From positions 434,001-498,000 of the forward strand of contig OW569345.1 of NCBI GenBank assembly GCA_937625935.1: 64,000 nucleotides of DNA, read 5' to 3'. Below the pieces are notes generated by a model. The model was given only the letters and a program-made list of their open reading frames with translations. It did not search any database and was not told the origin of the DNA. The stretch is from Tetramitus jugosus. Its lineage: Eukaryota > Protista > Heterolobosea. Positions 21,770 through 33,789 of this stretch are shown one piece after another (the first letter of the stretch is position 1; every line of letters starts with the position of its first letter). The position numbers and the translations under genes were made by a program.

Positions 21770-23561
21770 TTATCCACTGTTTCCTGGTCTACCAATTGTT
21801 GGACGGATGGGGGGATTAATGCTTGATGAGGTAGATCGGTAATGGTTTTGATTGGCATCCGAAGCATTGAATCTTCTTTGCTTTCTGTGAGGTTCTGTGC
21901 TGTGAATTGCCTCATTGCTTTGGGAGATAAATGAATGTGATTTCATACCAGAGCGAACATTTTCATGTCTCGCAATTTCTGAATGAGATCTCTTTCCAGT
22001 GGCTTGTTGCATGGCTTGATATTGTTCAGCAGTCTTGTTTTTGATCCACAGTTCATTTCTTGGAGAATCAGGGAGACTGGCAGCCTTGTTTGGCAGAGGT
22101 GCAGTGGTGAACCATTCATGGTTCAATGCTTGCTCTGCGGTAATTCTCTTGCTAGGATCCAAGCACAGCAATTTGCTTAGAAGATCCAACACTGGATTCG
22201 TAGCAAATCTTTCAAAATGCTTGTGCAATCTACTAGAGTGTGATGTTTCTGGCTTCATGTCTGGCCAACATTTTAGTCGTTGAGCATCAGTCCAACCAGT
22301 TTGATCAGGAGTACCGCACATATCAAAGATCATTCTTAATTGATCCTTGGAGTTTGCACCCCTGAAGAGAGCTGTTCCTTGCATAAACTCAGCAAGAATG
22401 CATCTAAAAACAGAGAAAAAAAGAGACCAAGTGTGTGAGCTTCCGACAATCCTAAGATCATAAAACAAATAATTGAATACCTACCCGACAGACCACATGT
22501 CAATCGCATAATTGTATCTTGATTCACCGAGCAGCAATTCAGGACTTCGGTACCACCTTGTTACAACTAGAGTTTGATAGTCTTCATCTTCTGTCAATGT
22601 TTTTCTGAAACATGAGAGACCAAAGTCAGTGAGCTTGACAGTGCCATCTCTTGCCAATAAAATATTAGAGGTCTTTAAATCTCTGTGCATAACCTCATTC
22701 TTGTGAAGGTAGTCAACAGCTGCGAGTAGTTGTTGAATGTATGATTTGATTTGTGCTTGAGTTAGTCTCACTTCCTTGTCATTGATTATTCCTGAAAAAT
22801 CATGTGGATAGTAGTCAAGTGCCAACATAAATTTTGCATTCATATTCTGGAACCAGTCCTTGCCTATCAATCATGATATTCAATTGTTTGGACCAATAAA
22901 AAAAGCAAGGTCAGAAAAATGGTTGTGGTCACAGGTGTTTTTTCATAGAGAATCAATTTCCGAACAACATACCATCAATGACAATATCGTGCAAATTGAC
23001 AATGTTTTGATGCTTCAAATTCTTTAGCATTAGAATTTCTCGCAGAGTGCTGATTGGAAACTGTGCGGACCAATGTGTGTCAAAAAAAAATTGAGTCAAC
23101 AAGTCCAATCCAGTAAAATAACACAGAGGAGGTGTTTCTTCAATGAGCACATGACACTTTGATGAGAAAAAAAATAGATTTGTACATACACCTTCGGGAT
23201 CCTTTTGTAGGTCAACTACCTTGAGAGCCACGATTTGGTTGGTCTCCAAGTCGACGGCTTTATAGAGTTCTCCATAAGCACCGCTTCCGATGACTTCCAT
23301 AATTTCATATTGTTTGTTACTGTTGAGCTCACTATTTGAGAGATGGCAAAAGAAAAAAATGTGTGAGTGTCAATCCATCGGACCGAATGAAAAAAAAAGC
23401 AAGAGAAGATGTGGTGGGAAGAACCACCAGTAAAAACAGACATACTTTCGAACAAATGTTTTTGGCTGTAGCAATGACTTTTGTTTTTGTTGATGATAAG
23501 ACCTACTCTTAGTTGCACTTGAAGTGTGGTGGTGGTATTGATGATGAGGATGATTATTCAT
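21770..23561 (-). CDS. Transcriptional CDK (CDK9/CDK12-like); exons 23561-23446, 23331-23190, 23060-22973, 22863-22485, 22403-21770
   Basis: IGSGAYGE, VALK, EGFPISTLREI, HRDLKTSN, DFG, VVTRWYRSPELLLG and IDMWSVGCILAE. Four GT-AG introns, all frame-checked. Confidence 0.92.
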
Positions 23562-24200
23562 TTTTTTGATTTTTTTTGGGAGAGTGAGATTGATTTCTGG
23601 AATATAAAATTATTATTGTTTGAGAGAGTGATGAAAAAAATGAGGAGGTTCTATCGAGAGAGAGATATGAAGAAATTGATGTACTCAGAGATGGACACAC
23701 TCAAGAATAGGGTTGTGTGAGGAATGGAAGCAAAATGAAACAACACAGAATATTGTTGTTGTTGTCTGAAGAGTGGAGGTGTGATGAAAGAGAAAGTGAT
23801 TCGATATTCCCGGTATTTGAATTAGCAACAATGAAGCCGTAAGACAATGGCAATGTTGTTCTTTCAGAATGGGAAAAGAAGCTTTGTTGATGTTAAAATT
23901 GTGACTGTGCCTTTCTGTTTCACGCTCACGCTTTTTTTCTCTTTGTTTCACTCACGAGTTGGACAATTTGTCGACACGGATGTTGTGTCTCCGTTGGACC
24001 TTCATCCATGGAGGATTATTAGCAAACACATCAAAAATAGATTTTGTAACAAGAGGAGCCTCTCTTTCCCGAACTTGCATCAGAAACATGAACCTTGAAG
24101 TTAACCAAACAACACAATCCCAACCCAATCAAATTGACCATTACAATTCATGTGTATTCCCATCCCATAAAAAAATCATAAGTAATCCTAAACAATTAAA

Positions 24201-24398
24201 ATGAAACCAACTCCTTCCGAAGGAAAACAAGTCAATTCCAGTGACGACCTTTTTGAGCAAATTGATCATTTTTTCGAGGGCGAACGCCACAGAAAAAACA
24301 AACTGCGGTTCGGTCAGGAATCCATGGTGGACGTTCATCGAATGCTACCAAGTTATAGAGATGCTTCAGATTCTCTTCCTCTACAATCAAAGTTGTAA
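24201..24398 (+). CDS. Putative 65-aa microprotein ending in PTS1 (-SKL)
   Basis: aaaATG context, C-terminal QSKL*, and AATAAA at 24414-24419. Confidence 0.45.
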   Translation: MKPTPSEGKQVNSSDDLFEQIDHFFEGERHRKNKLRFGQESMVDVHRMLPSYRDASDSLPLQSKL

Positions 24399-24469
24399 CT
24401 GGTGTTTATTTCCAATAAAAAATTCTATACTGACAAAATTGTTATAATGAACTTAAAACTTACATGCAA

Positions 24470-26594
24470 TCACTGCAGAGTGTTCTGACAAAATTCTCTG
24501 AACGATGGAAGGACAAAATTAGAACCGTCTGAACTTGAACCTGGACTACCACTCAGAGTTGGATAGGGATGATTGATACTGTTCTTGTTTGGTGATCCGG
24601 AGTAAGTATCACCCTTGATGTTATTGTTGTTCACTCTGACATCATCATTGACTGACAAAGGAGCAGAGCTATAGTACATTGGGTTGCTTGTTGGTAGCGT
24701 GCGAGCAACGCTGTTGTTGTCTAGCGATATTGTCGATACTAACGAGGAGAACTCTCTGTCTAACTTGGAGGATGGACTTTCTGAAGAGCGACCATTATGG
24801 TACATATTTTGAGGCCGATATTGATTCATGTAGGATGATAGAGGACTTGCCGTTGGTGAGTAACTAGAACATGGGGAAGAATAGGGAGAGAATCTGGGAC
24901 TGCTTGATCGAGAGGATTGTCTCATGGAGGATAGTCTCATATGATTTGCAAATGATGGAGGAGAGGAACAATAGGGACTTGTGCTCAGCTCTGAAGGTCC
25001 AAAATGTCCACTCTTGTCATAGTGCAGCGGTAGAGAGGAAGATAGAGACGATGGGGATGGAGCTGGAGATGGAGATGGCAACATGGAGCTCTGATGGGAC
25101 GAGTAACTACCACTTCCAGTCGAATATGATTGCTGATTGTTATTGCTGCTATTGTTATTGTGTTGCTGTTGAGGATGATGATAGTGCCCTGTTTGACCGA
25201 TGTAGGAATCTTGCTGCGCCATAGAGAGCGAGGTAGCTTGAATGGGTGGTGGTGGTACAATTCTCTGTCGCAGTGTAGGGGATCCAGACATGGGATATGA
25301 GCCATAGGAGGAATGACCATCAGTGTACTGTTGATGGTGATGATCGTTACCTCTGTTTTTGGACATTGGAATTCGAATACCAGCACTTGTACTGTTACTA
25401 TGACCACCACTATGACTACTGGCAGTACCACTCATGTTACTGTTGTTACTATGGTAACGCGTTGTTGATTGATAAGGATGAGCAGTGTTGTTGCTAACAT
25501 TGTTGTTAATCGGATGGGAAGAAGTCGTGTTGAGAGATCCAGGTGAAATTGTACTTTCTTCTTCATCGTCACTCGCAGATCCTTCACTGTGATTATCGTA
25601 TATGCCCTTGATCATTTCACTCTCATTGAGAATCAAGTTATACTTTTGGCACAGTTCACTCACAACCTTCTTGACAGATGTCTTTCTGTTCAACAGCTCT
25701 AAAAACTCAACTGTAATAATATCATCATATTCACAATTAATTGAAAACAAAAAGGTCAATTCAATGTGTTCTCATTTGAATTCTTGGTTATTCATCACAC
25801 AACTGATACTAATCTACCAAATGTAAAACACTGAAAAAACAATCAATAGACATACATGGCTCTCTTTCCATCATTTGCATAAAGTTGAATGGTAGTTCAA
25901 TCGATGGACTCTTCTCATTCTGATGAGTACAATTCTCCATTGTTCTCTGTATGGATTGAATTTTACGGAAGGGCCATCGCGCAACCTTCAATCGTCTACA
26001 AACCTTCTTCAGAAAGGTCACACTGACGTCCAACTCCTCTGAGACACTTCGGATCGGTTTATCAAAATAAACACTTAGCTCTTGTAGTGTCCATTCCTTG
26101 TAACCCTTCTTTACGAGCTTATTGTTGCTACCTGTCGTCGTCGTATGAGAAGATTGACCCATCGTTGGTCTCTGGTGGTGTGATGGTGGTGATTGTTGTT
26201 GTGGGTACTGGTGGTATTGGTGGTGCTGCTGCGGAATCGTTGGTTGTGAATGATAGTGATTCTTCAAGTTGGAAGAGCTGACAATACTGCTGCTCGAACT
26301 TGTGTTGATCGTCATGGTATGACTCGACTCGATAACCGTACTCACGTTGTTATTGTGAGAGAGTTGTGGTGGTTGTTGGTAGTGATGATGATGATAATGC
26401 TGGTGGTGTTGGTGCGAGAGAAGAGGTTGTTGGTGAGAATTGGTTGAAGGGTAGGCTGTCAACGTTGTCTGTTGTGCTGGAGCAGCAGCTGCGTAGGAGA
26501 GGGGATGATTCTTGTTGTTCACTCGAGGAGAATAAACGGGACGATTGGTATCAACACTCACTCTTGGGAGAGCATCACAGGAGGAGGTATCCAT
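24470..26594 (-). CDS. RWP-RK domain transcription factor; exons 26594-25856, 25710-24470
   Basis: TLQELSVYFDKPIRSVSEELDVSVTFLKKVCRRLKVARWPFRKIQS. Intron GTATGT..CAG at 25855-25711. Confidence 0.9.
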
Positions 26595-27029
26595 TTCGGA
26601 ATATTGATGCGGGTGTGAAAAGTAAGAGGTGACTTATGGTTCTTCTTCAAGAATCGTATTAGGGGAGTATTACTCGCTGTGTGAATTGATGTCCAAAAGG
26701 GAGATGGTGATGTTGTTGGACTTTCTGTGTCTGTTTGAAGGGTTGTTTCTACACACAGAGTGATATACTTGTTGTTCTGTTTCTGAAGTTTTCAGGAGAA
26801 CGAGAGGAGTAGCGACAACAAATGTGCGAGCGTTGAAGGGGTACTGTGCTTGTCAAGCGAAGGGTGGCTTGACTGAAGGGGAGAACAACCGACTCTATCA
26901 AAACTCAAGAGGGCACAGATTTCGTTCGGACAGGACTTTCTTTCATTCTCAAACGGCAGAATCTCCCACATTTCACCAACAATGTTCAACAACATTTTGG
27001 CATACCATTATCCCCAATTCTGATTAGGG

Positions 27030-27340
27030 AAGTCCGAAATATTTTTCCGGATTATCAGCGACGGAGAAACAAAGGATTATCGAAAGCGCTTCGGCTCAAA
27101 CCACGAAAACCAACATCTCTTTCGTGAAAGGCTTGATATTTGACGTGTTTATGAAATTTGGGCAAGCGTCGCGGAAGTAAAAGGAATTTAATCGGAATCG
27201 AGGAAATTGTTCGGAACATGCACGTTCCTATGTCCGGAATGGAATTTTTTTTTACACGTGATAAAAAAAGCGCGATCAACCCATCTTCGAATGAGAAACA
27301 AAACCTGATCTGTCACACAAAATTTCGGCTCGGAACACAA
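27030..27340 (+). promoter_or_regulatory. Hsp101 promoter with a phased GGAA/CGGAA array (HSE-like)
   Basis: GGAA at 27173, 27183, 27194, 27202, 27213, 27236 and 27241; TTCnnGAA at 27121; CACGTG at about 27255. Confidence 0.5.
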
Positions 27341-27352
27341 TAACAATCAAGC

Positions 27353-29798
27353 ATGAACGATACAAACGATGATAAGCAACAACCATTTGAGACTCTGAAC
27401 AAGTACGGAGTCGATCTCATCCAGTTGGCTCAAGATGGCAAACTGGATCCGGTCATTGGCAGAGATGAGGAAATTCGTCGTGTCATTCGGATTTTGTCAA
27501 GAAGGACAAAGAACAATCCTGTTCTCATTGGAGAACCTGGTGTCGGTAAGTTTATCTAATTCATGTTTTTCATAATGTTTCGCTCTCATTGACTGACGCT
27601 CACCATTTTCTACTACTGATTCGTAATCATACAGGAAAAACTGCCATTGTCGAGGGACTTGCACAAAGAATTGTTCGTGGTGATGTTCCAAAGAACCTGG
27701 ATTGTAATTTGTTTTCATTGGATATGGGTGCTCTGATTAGTGGCGCCAAGTACAGAGGAGAGTTCGAAGAGAGATTGAAGGATGTGCTCAAGGAAGTCGA
27801 AGATGCACAGGGCAAAGTCATCTTGTTCATTGATGAGATCCATTTGGTGATGGGTGCTGGTAAGACTGAAGGTAGCATGGATGCCGCCAATTTGTTGAAG
27901 CCTATGCTTGCTCGAGGTCAATTGAGATGCATCGGCTCTACTACACTCGATGAATACAAAAAGTATATTGAAAAGGATGCAGCTTTTGAGAGAAGATTCC
28001 AACAGGTTTTTGTTGCTGAGCCAAGCATTCCAGACACTGTTTCCATTCTGAGAGGTTTGAAAGAAAAGTATGAGTCACACCACGGTGTCCGTATCACTGA
28101 TTCTGCTCTCGTAGCGGCAGCACAGCTCAGCTCTCGATACATTACTTCTCGTTTCTTGCCTGACAAGGCAATTGACCTTGTTGATGAAGCATGTGCTAGT
28201 ATTAGAGTCCAATTGGATTCACAACCAGAGGTCATTGACCAGTTGGAGAGGCAATTGCTTCAATTGGAAGTCGAAGAAACTGCTCTATCAAAAGAAAAGG
28301 ACAAGGGATCCATACAAAGACTAGAACACGTCAAGGAGAAGATATCCAAGCTGAGAGAAGAACTTCAGCCGTTGAAGATGAGATATGAGGCAGAATCTGG
28401 TCTCGTGGAGCAAATGAGACAAAGAACAAGAAAATTGGAAGAGATGAGAAGCAAGATGCAAGATGCAGAGAGAAGGCGTGACCTTGCACTGGTTGCAGAT
28501 TTAAAGTATGGCGCTATTCCAGAGTTGGAACGATCGATTCGTGAATTGAAGAAGCAAATTGAAGAGAAGAAGAATAGAATGGAGGACGATGATGAGCAGG
28601 CACCATTAGTGTCTGATGTCGTCGGTCCAGAACAAATAACAGAGGTAATCTCAAGATGGACAGGCATTCCAGTTGCAAAATTGAGCCAGAGTGAGAGAGA
28701 CAAGCTTCTTTCTTTGGAGAACAAGCTTCATGAGAGAGTCGTGGGACAGGATGAAGCTGTTTCTTCGATTTCAAGAGCCATTTTGCGTTCAAGAGCTGGA
28801 TTGAGCAGACCTAATCAACCAACTGGAAGCTTCTTGTTCCTTGGACCTACGGGCACTGGAAAGGTTTGTATGAATTGTCCTAATTGTGTTTTTTGTTTAT
28901 TTTTACTTGTCATCTGGTGTTACAATCACATGATGTACTAACCCTAACACGCACTACACACATATTTGCATACCCATAATGACTACAAAAGACTGAAACT
29001 GCAAAAGCATTGGCCTTCGAGTTGTTTGATGATGATCAACACATTGTTCGTATCGACATGAGTGAGTACATGGAACAGCACTCAGTGTCTCGATTGATCG
29101 GGTCCCCTCCGGGCTACGTTGGCTTCGAATCAGGAGGACAGTTGACGGAAGCAGTGAGAAGGAGACCTTACAATGTTGTATTGTTCGATGAGATCGAAAA
29201 AGCGCATCCAAGAGTCATGAATGTTCTTTTGCAAGTGTTGGATGAAGGTAGATTGACTGATGGGCAAGGAAGAACAGTCGATTTTACCAACACTGTGATT
29301 ATTCTGACCTCTAACTTGGGTGCTGAGCACTTGATGAACTTGGGAAAGCAAAACTTTGAATCCGTGAAACAAAAGGTCATGAATGTTGTTCAAGACTTCT
29401 TTAGACCTGAATTCTTGAACAGACTGGACGATGTAGTCATGTTCCGACCTTTGAGTGAGAGAGATTTGAAGAATGTCGCACTGATTCAGGTTAAGAAGCT
29501 GACCGAAAGATTAGCTGAGAGAGACATCAAGATCGAGTTGGATGATTCCGCCTTGACTCAAATCCTGGACACGGCCTATGATCCAAATTATGGTGCACGT
29601 CCACTCAGACGATACTTGGAAAAGTATGTGATGACTCAGTTGAGCAGGATGATTGTTGGAGGCGATCTTCCCGACCACTCTTCTGTTTTCATTGAATCAA
29701 AGAATGGACAACTGGTGTACAAGGTGCAAGAGAGTGGTTCAAAGAGTCCAAAGAGAAGAAAGGTGGACGACCAGATTGGAACCAGAGAAGTAATCTGA
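27353..29798 (+). CDS. HSP101: Hsp101/Hsp104/ClpB disaggregase lacking the N-terminal domain; exons 27353-27545, 27635-28863, 28992-29798
   Basis: [34 protein letters not shown]-domain, [17 protein letters not shown] and GARPLRR. Confidence 0.96.
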
Positions 29799-30085
29799 TC
29801 AGGTCAGGGAAAAACACCCAGGTTTTGACCAAAAACCTGCGACTTTGTAAATAAAAATCAACCATCATTTCGCCTCCTTTTTTGCCTTTTGACTATTCAA
29901 TTTGAACGTTCGCAAGTTCGGCTGCTACGACCGCCAAAAAAAAAGTGATGGATGACATCAAACAACAGACAAGAAACGTCGAATTCGAAAAGAAAAAAAG
30001 TTTATTCATCTCATATATATTGTGCTGCTCTATCCTGACAGAGTCAACAACACACTCACACAAATAAACAACACACAAATCCATC

Positions 30086-32206
30086 ATGACCATCCATCTT
30101 GATCATGATGCGGCCAGACGCAAAGCCCAATCCGAAATGGTCAACAACAACACCAACAAGCACAAGATTCACATATTCAGTGAAGGTGTTACGCGATTGG
30201 CACCCTTGGGCCGAGAATCCATGCTCTATCTCCACTTTTCTGCCTTTACATTCCTGTATGGATTGATCATGTGTGGCATCCATGCGCCTCACTTGTACTT
30301 TTATTACAAGAGTGTGAGCAGTGAGACCAATATTTTTATGCGATTGAGTATGAAGAATTGGGATTTTAAAAAGGGAGGCTATGTGAACTTGGTGTTGGCC
30401 TTTTTGGAGATTTTGGCTTGCATTGTTACGATTGCCTATGTTCGATTCATGCTGTGGTACTGTGGCAAGCAGAATGATGAGGCCAATCTGGTGAGTACAG
30501 CTGATTTCTCGGTTCATGTCAAGGGAGTGCCTGCGAGTGAGGTGCGTCATGGATTGAACCGAATCATTCACTACTTTTCAGGCTTTGGTAAGATTGTGCA
30601 GTGTGCCATGGCGTTGGACACTGGAAACGTGGCAAAGTTGAACAAGAGACGTATCAAGTACAGAGAACAGATCAAGCGAATTGTGGCATCTGCTGCCAAC
30701 TCTAACTCCTCATCAAAGTCCATGTTTTCACAGCTGTGTTGCTGCTGGTGTGGTTGCATGGGTGGATTGATTCGAGGTATGCGAATCGTTTACTACAAGT
30801 TTCAATTAGCCATGATCAACAAGGAAATTCGCAGACATTTGGCAAAGGACAAATTCCAGTGCACAGGTGATGTGTTTATTGTTTATGAGACTGAATTGGA
30901 GAGATATCGTTGTCTTCATGCATTCAATCGATCCATGTGCTTCCGAATGTTCACTCATGGACTCAAGTTTGACAACAAGTATGCGTTGAGCGTGTCACCG
31001 GCCAATGAACCAGAAGATGTCGTGTGGGAAAATTTGGAATACAGTCGTTTGTCCAAGTTTGTGAGGCAATTTTTGGCGATTGTAGCTTCCATTTTCTTCA
31101 TGGGCGTTGTGGCTGGAGCGTCCGGTGTGTTGGAATTTGTTCGTAACAAGTACTTTAGTTGTTCGACATGTGGTGTGGCCAACATTTTGAAAACAAAGGA
31201 TTTGAAGAACAATGTATCTTGGGCGTCCTATGGTATCTCTGCAATCGTGTGGGTGGTAACTGCATGTCTGAGTTATATCATGTACTTTGCGGCATCGTTC
31301 GAAAAGCATAGATTCAAGTCCAATGCCAGAGTTTCTCTCACGTACAAGCTCAGTTTTGCCACTTTGCTCGTTACTCTTGCGATGGCTGTTGTGTACTCCA
31401 ATTTTGACAAGTCAATCGAAGGATTCATTCCATGGTTCAAACCTCGTGGTGATATTCCTCCTCTGGTCGAAGGTCAGCTCTTTTACTACAACATTTTCAA
31501 CGTTGTGTTGATTGCTGTATGTATGAATCTGGGAAAGGAAATATTGCTAGGTCCTTTCCATTTCTTCAAGAGAATGTATTTGGTTAGGGCAAGTGTGACT
31601 CAGGAGGAACTTAATGAATCATACAGAAGACCAAAGTACTCTTATCCATACAGATATGCCAATCAACTGAGAATTATCATCATTGCTATTGCTTTCAGTG
31701 CGATGTTCCCATTGGCCATTTATATTGTCACACTAGGATTGTTCTTTGCATACTTTGTGGACAAGTTTAACATTCTGTACGTTTATAGATCAAAGTCGAA
31801 CGATGAGGACAAGCTCAGCAAGTCAGCAGTGAATGTGGTAACTTGTGGTTATCTAGCTCGATTCATTCTAGTTGGTATTACCCATATTTACAAGGTATTA
31901 TCTGAAGATTCCAGAAACGTTGTCAGTTTCTTCTTTATTAGTTGGATTGTGAGCACAAGTGCATTCTTGTTTTATATTGTCCTGCATTTTGCTTTCCTGG
32001 ATGATGACAGTGTTGTCAAGAAGCTTCTTTGTTGCATGTCATCATATAGATATCCAGAGTTTGTTACCTCTGGTGGTGCAGTGTCTTGTTTGAAGTACCG
32101 GTTGCCAGCGTACAGACCTCCACTCAGTTTGGATGACATTGCAATCGGTAAGGAGAACTTAAAGAAGATGTACAAAGCTGATTCTCGGTTACAAAACAAA
32201 GTATAG
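30086..32206 (+). CDS. OSCA/TMEM63/CSC1-like multi-pass ion channel
   Basis: About 10 TM segments, cytosolic domain, ANEPEDVVWENL, TQEELN and YFVDKFNILYVY. Confidence 0.8.
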   Translation: MTIHLDHDAARRKAQSEMVNNNTNKHKIHIFSEGVTRLAPLGRESMLYLHFSAFTFLYGLIMCGIHAPHLYFYYKSVSSETNIFMRLSMKNWDFKKGGYVNLVLAFLEILACIVTIAYVRFMLWYCGKQNDEANLVSTADFSVHVKGVPASEVRHGLNRIIHYFSGFGKIVQCAMALDTGNVAKLNKRRIKYREQIKRIVASAANSNSSSKSMFSQLCCCWCGCMGGLIRGMRIVYYKFQLAMINKEIRRHLAKDKFQCTGDVFIVYETELERYRCLHAFNRSMCFRMFTHGLKFDNKYALSVSPANEPEDVVWENLEYSRLSKFVRQFLAIVASIFFMGVVAGASGVLEFVRNKYFSCSTCGVANILKTKDLKNNVSWASYGISAIVWVVTACLSYIMYFAASFEKHRFKSNARVSLTYKLSFATLLVTLAMAVVYSNFDKSIEGFIPWFKPRGDIPPLVEGQLFYYNIFNVVLIAVCMNLGKEILLGPFHFFKRMYLVRASVTQEELNESYRRPKYSYPYRYANQLRIIIIAIAFSAMFPLAIYIVTLGLFFAYFVDKFNILYVYRSKSNDEDKLSKSAVNVVTCGYLARFILVGITHIYKVLSEDSRNVVSFFFISWIVSTSAFLFYIVLHFAFLDDDSVVKKLLCCMSSYRYPEFVTSGGAVSCLKYRLPAYRPPLSLDDIAIGKENLKKMYKADSRLQNKV

Positions 32207-32270
32207 ATTGAGATTGTCTGTCTTACTAGGAGAATAGAACTACTCGTAACATATTGTATAAAATTCATTT

Positions 32271-33563
32271 CTATTGTTCATTCTTCACTGATTGACAAAT
32301 ATTGTTCAGAGCTTCTGCAAATGCGTGCAACGAGAATACATCTTCCACACGTTGCTTGCCTCTCTTGCCATAGGCTTCAATTTCGGATTGAGACATGTTC
32401 AGGAAGGTCTGTATGGCATCAGCGAACGCTTGCGGCTCAGGGTCGGTTAACAATCCCGTCTGACCGTGCACAATCGATTCCAACGGACCACCACTGTTCA
32501 CAGCGACAACACAGCGACCACAGAACATGGCTTCCACAGGCACAATACCAAAATGCTCATTTTCCGGAGTGTAAGCCAACACGAAGCTCTTGTGGAACAA
32601 TGTATAGCGCTGTGCGTTCGTGAAGGATCGAAGGAAATACGTCTTATCTTCCAATCCATACTGCTCTACCAATTGTTTCAAATATGCAAAATATTCTACA
32701 TTTTCTCTGACTCTCTCATCGTATCCACCGGCGATCACCATGAGTAACTTGTGCTTTTCATTGTCCGCGTTTTGCACCAATTTAGCAAACGATTTCACCA
32801 ACAAGTCAACACCCTTCTTTCTCTCGAATCGATTCACTGAAACAATAACCTTGTGACTCGCAAACTTTTCTTCCAATTCTCTATCCAGCTCTGATTCCTC
32901 TGGCGCGACATCATACGTCTCCGTATTGATGCACGGATAGAGCACTTTGGGCAACTGATTTAACTTTGCTTGTCTTGCGGCCAACTTTGGAAAAGAGGCC
33001 TTATAAATCTCTAGTGTGAACTGAGAGTTGACCAATATGCGATCACTCATACCTGTAGTGCACTCCTCCAACCAATCAAACGGTATTCTGTACAAGCGTT
33101 TCAACAGACTCTGATCTCTGCCCTGGACCAACAACTTGTCAGGAAAGTGCAAATAAAAGACAATTTTGGCTCGAGGGAACAAGAATCGAATCAATGGTAT
33201 GGGAGCACTCATTTGATCCACTACGAAAATGTCAAATGAGTCATTACTACCACTACCACTGCCACTGCCACCACAACTCCTGCCATGACTTGTGAAGAAT
33301 CGAATGCACACAACAGCAATCAACATGCGGATCATGGCACACAAGATAAACAATTTACCAAAAATGGTTCTGGGGAACCAATCACCGTACACTTTGACAT
33401 TCAGCGTTCCATCAATGGTCTCTTCAAATGCACGATTAGGATCGTGATGAGCCGTAAACACATGAACAGAGTTGTTTTTGGATTGGAGACCGACTGCTGC
33501 ATCTACAATCAACCTCTCAGCACCTCCCAATCCCAAATCAGGATGAACGAATGCAATATTCAT
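32271..33563 (-). CDS. ALG2: Alpha-1,3/1,6-mannosyltransferase
   Basis: HPDLGLGGAERLIVDAA, HFPDKLL, SVNRFERKK and ENEHFGIVPVEAM. Confidence 0.95.
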   Translation of the reverse strand: MNIAFVHPDLGLGGAERLIVDAAVGLQSKNNSVHVFTAHHDPNRAFEETIDGTLNVKVYGDWFPRTIFGKLFILCAMIRMLIAVVCIRFFTSHGRSCGGSGSGSGSNDSFDIFVVDQMSAPIPLIRFLFPRAKIVFYLHFPDKLLVQGRDQSLLKRLYRIPFDWLEECTTGMSDRILVNSQFTLEIYKASFPKLAARQAKLNQLPKVLYPCINTETYDVAPEESELDRELEEKFASHKVIVSVNRFERKKGVDLLVKSFAKLVQNADNEKHKLLMVIAGGYDERVRENVEYFAYLKQLVEQYGLEDKTYFLRSFTNAQRYTLFHKSFVLAYTPENEHFGIVPVEAMFCGRCVVAVNSGGPLESIVHGQTGLLTDPEPQAFADAIQTFLNMSQSEIEAYGKRGKQRVEDVFSLHAFAEALNNICQSVKNEQ

Positions 33564-33789
33564 CTTTTTTGCACACACCAAAGATTGTTGTTTGTCTCGC
33601 TTGATTTTTTTCTCGGTTCCTTGCAAGAGAATTTGATTTTGAGGAACAAGGACGATTGTTCAACCAGATCAATCAACTGTTTATCAGCACAGTAAACCTT
33701 CCTATTCGGCCGAACAACAACAACACGATCATTCAAACCAACAACAACAACAACAACAAATAAGCACACTTTTAAAATTAATCACACAA

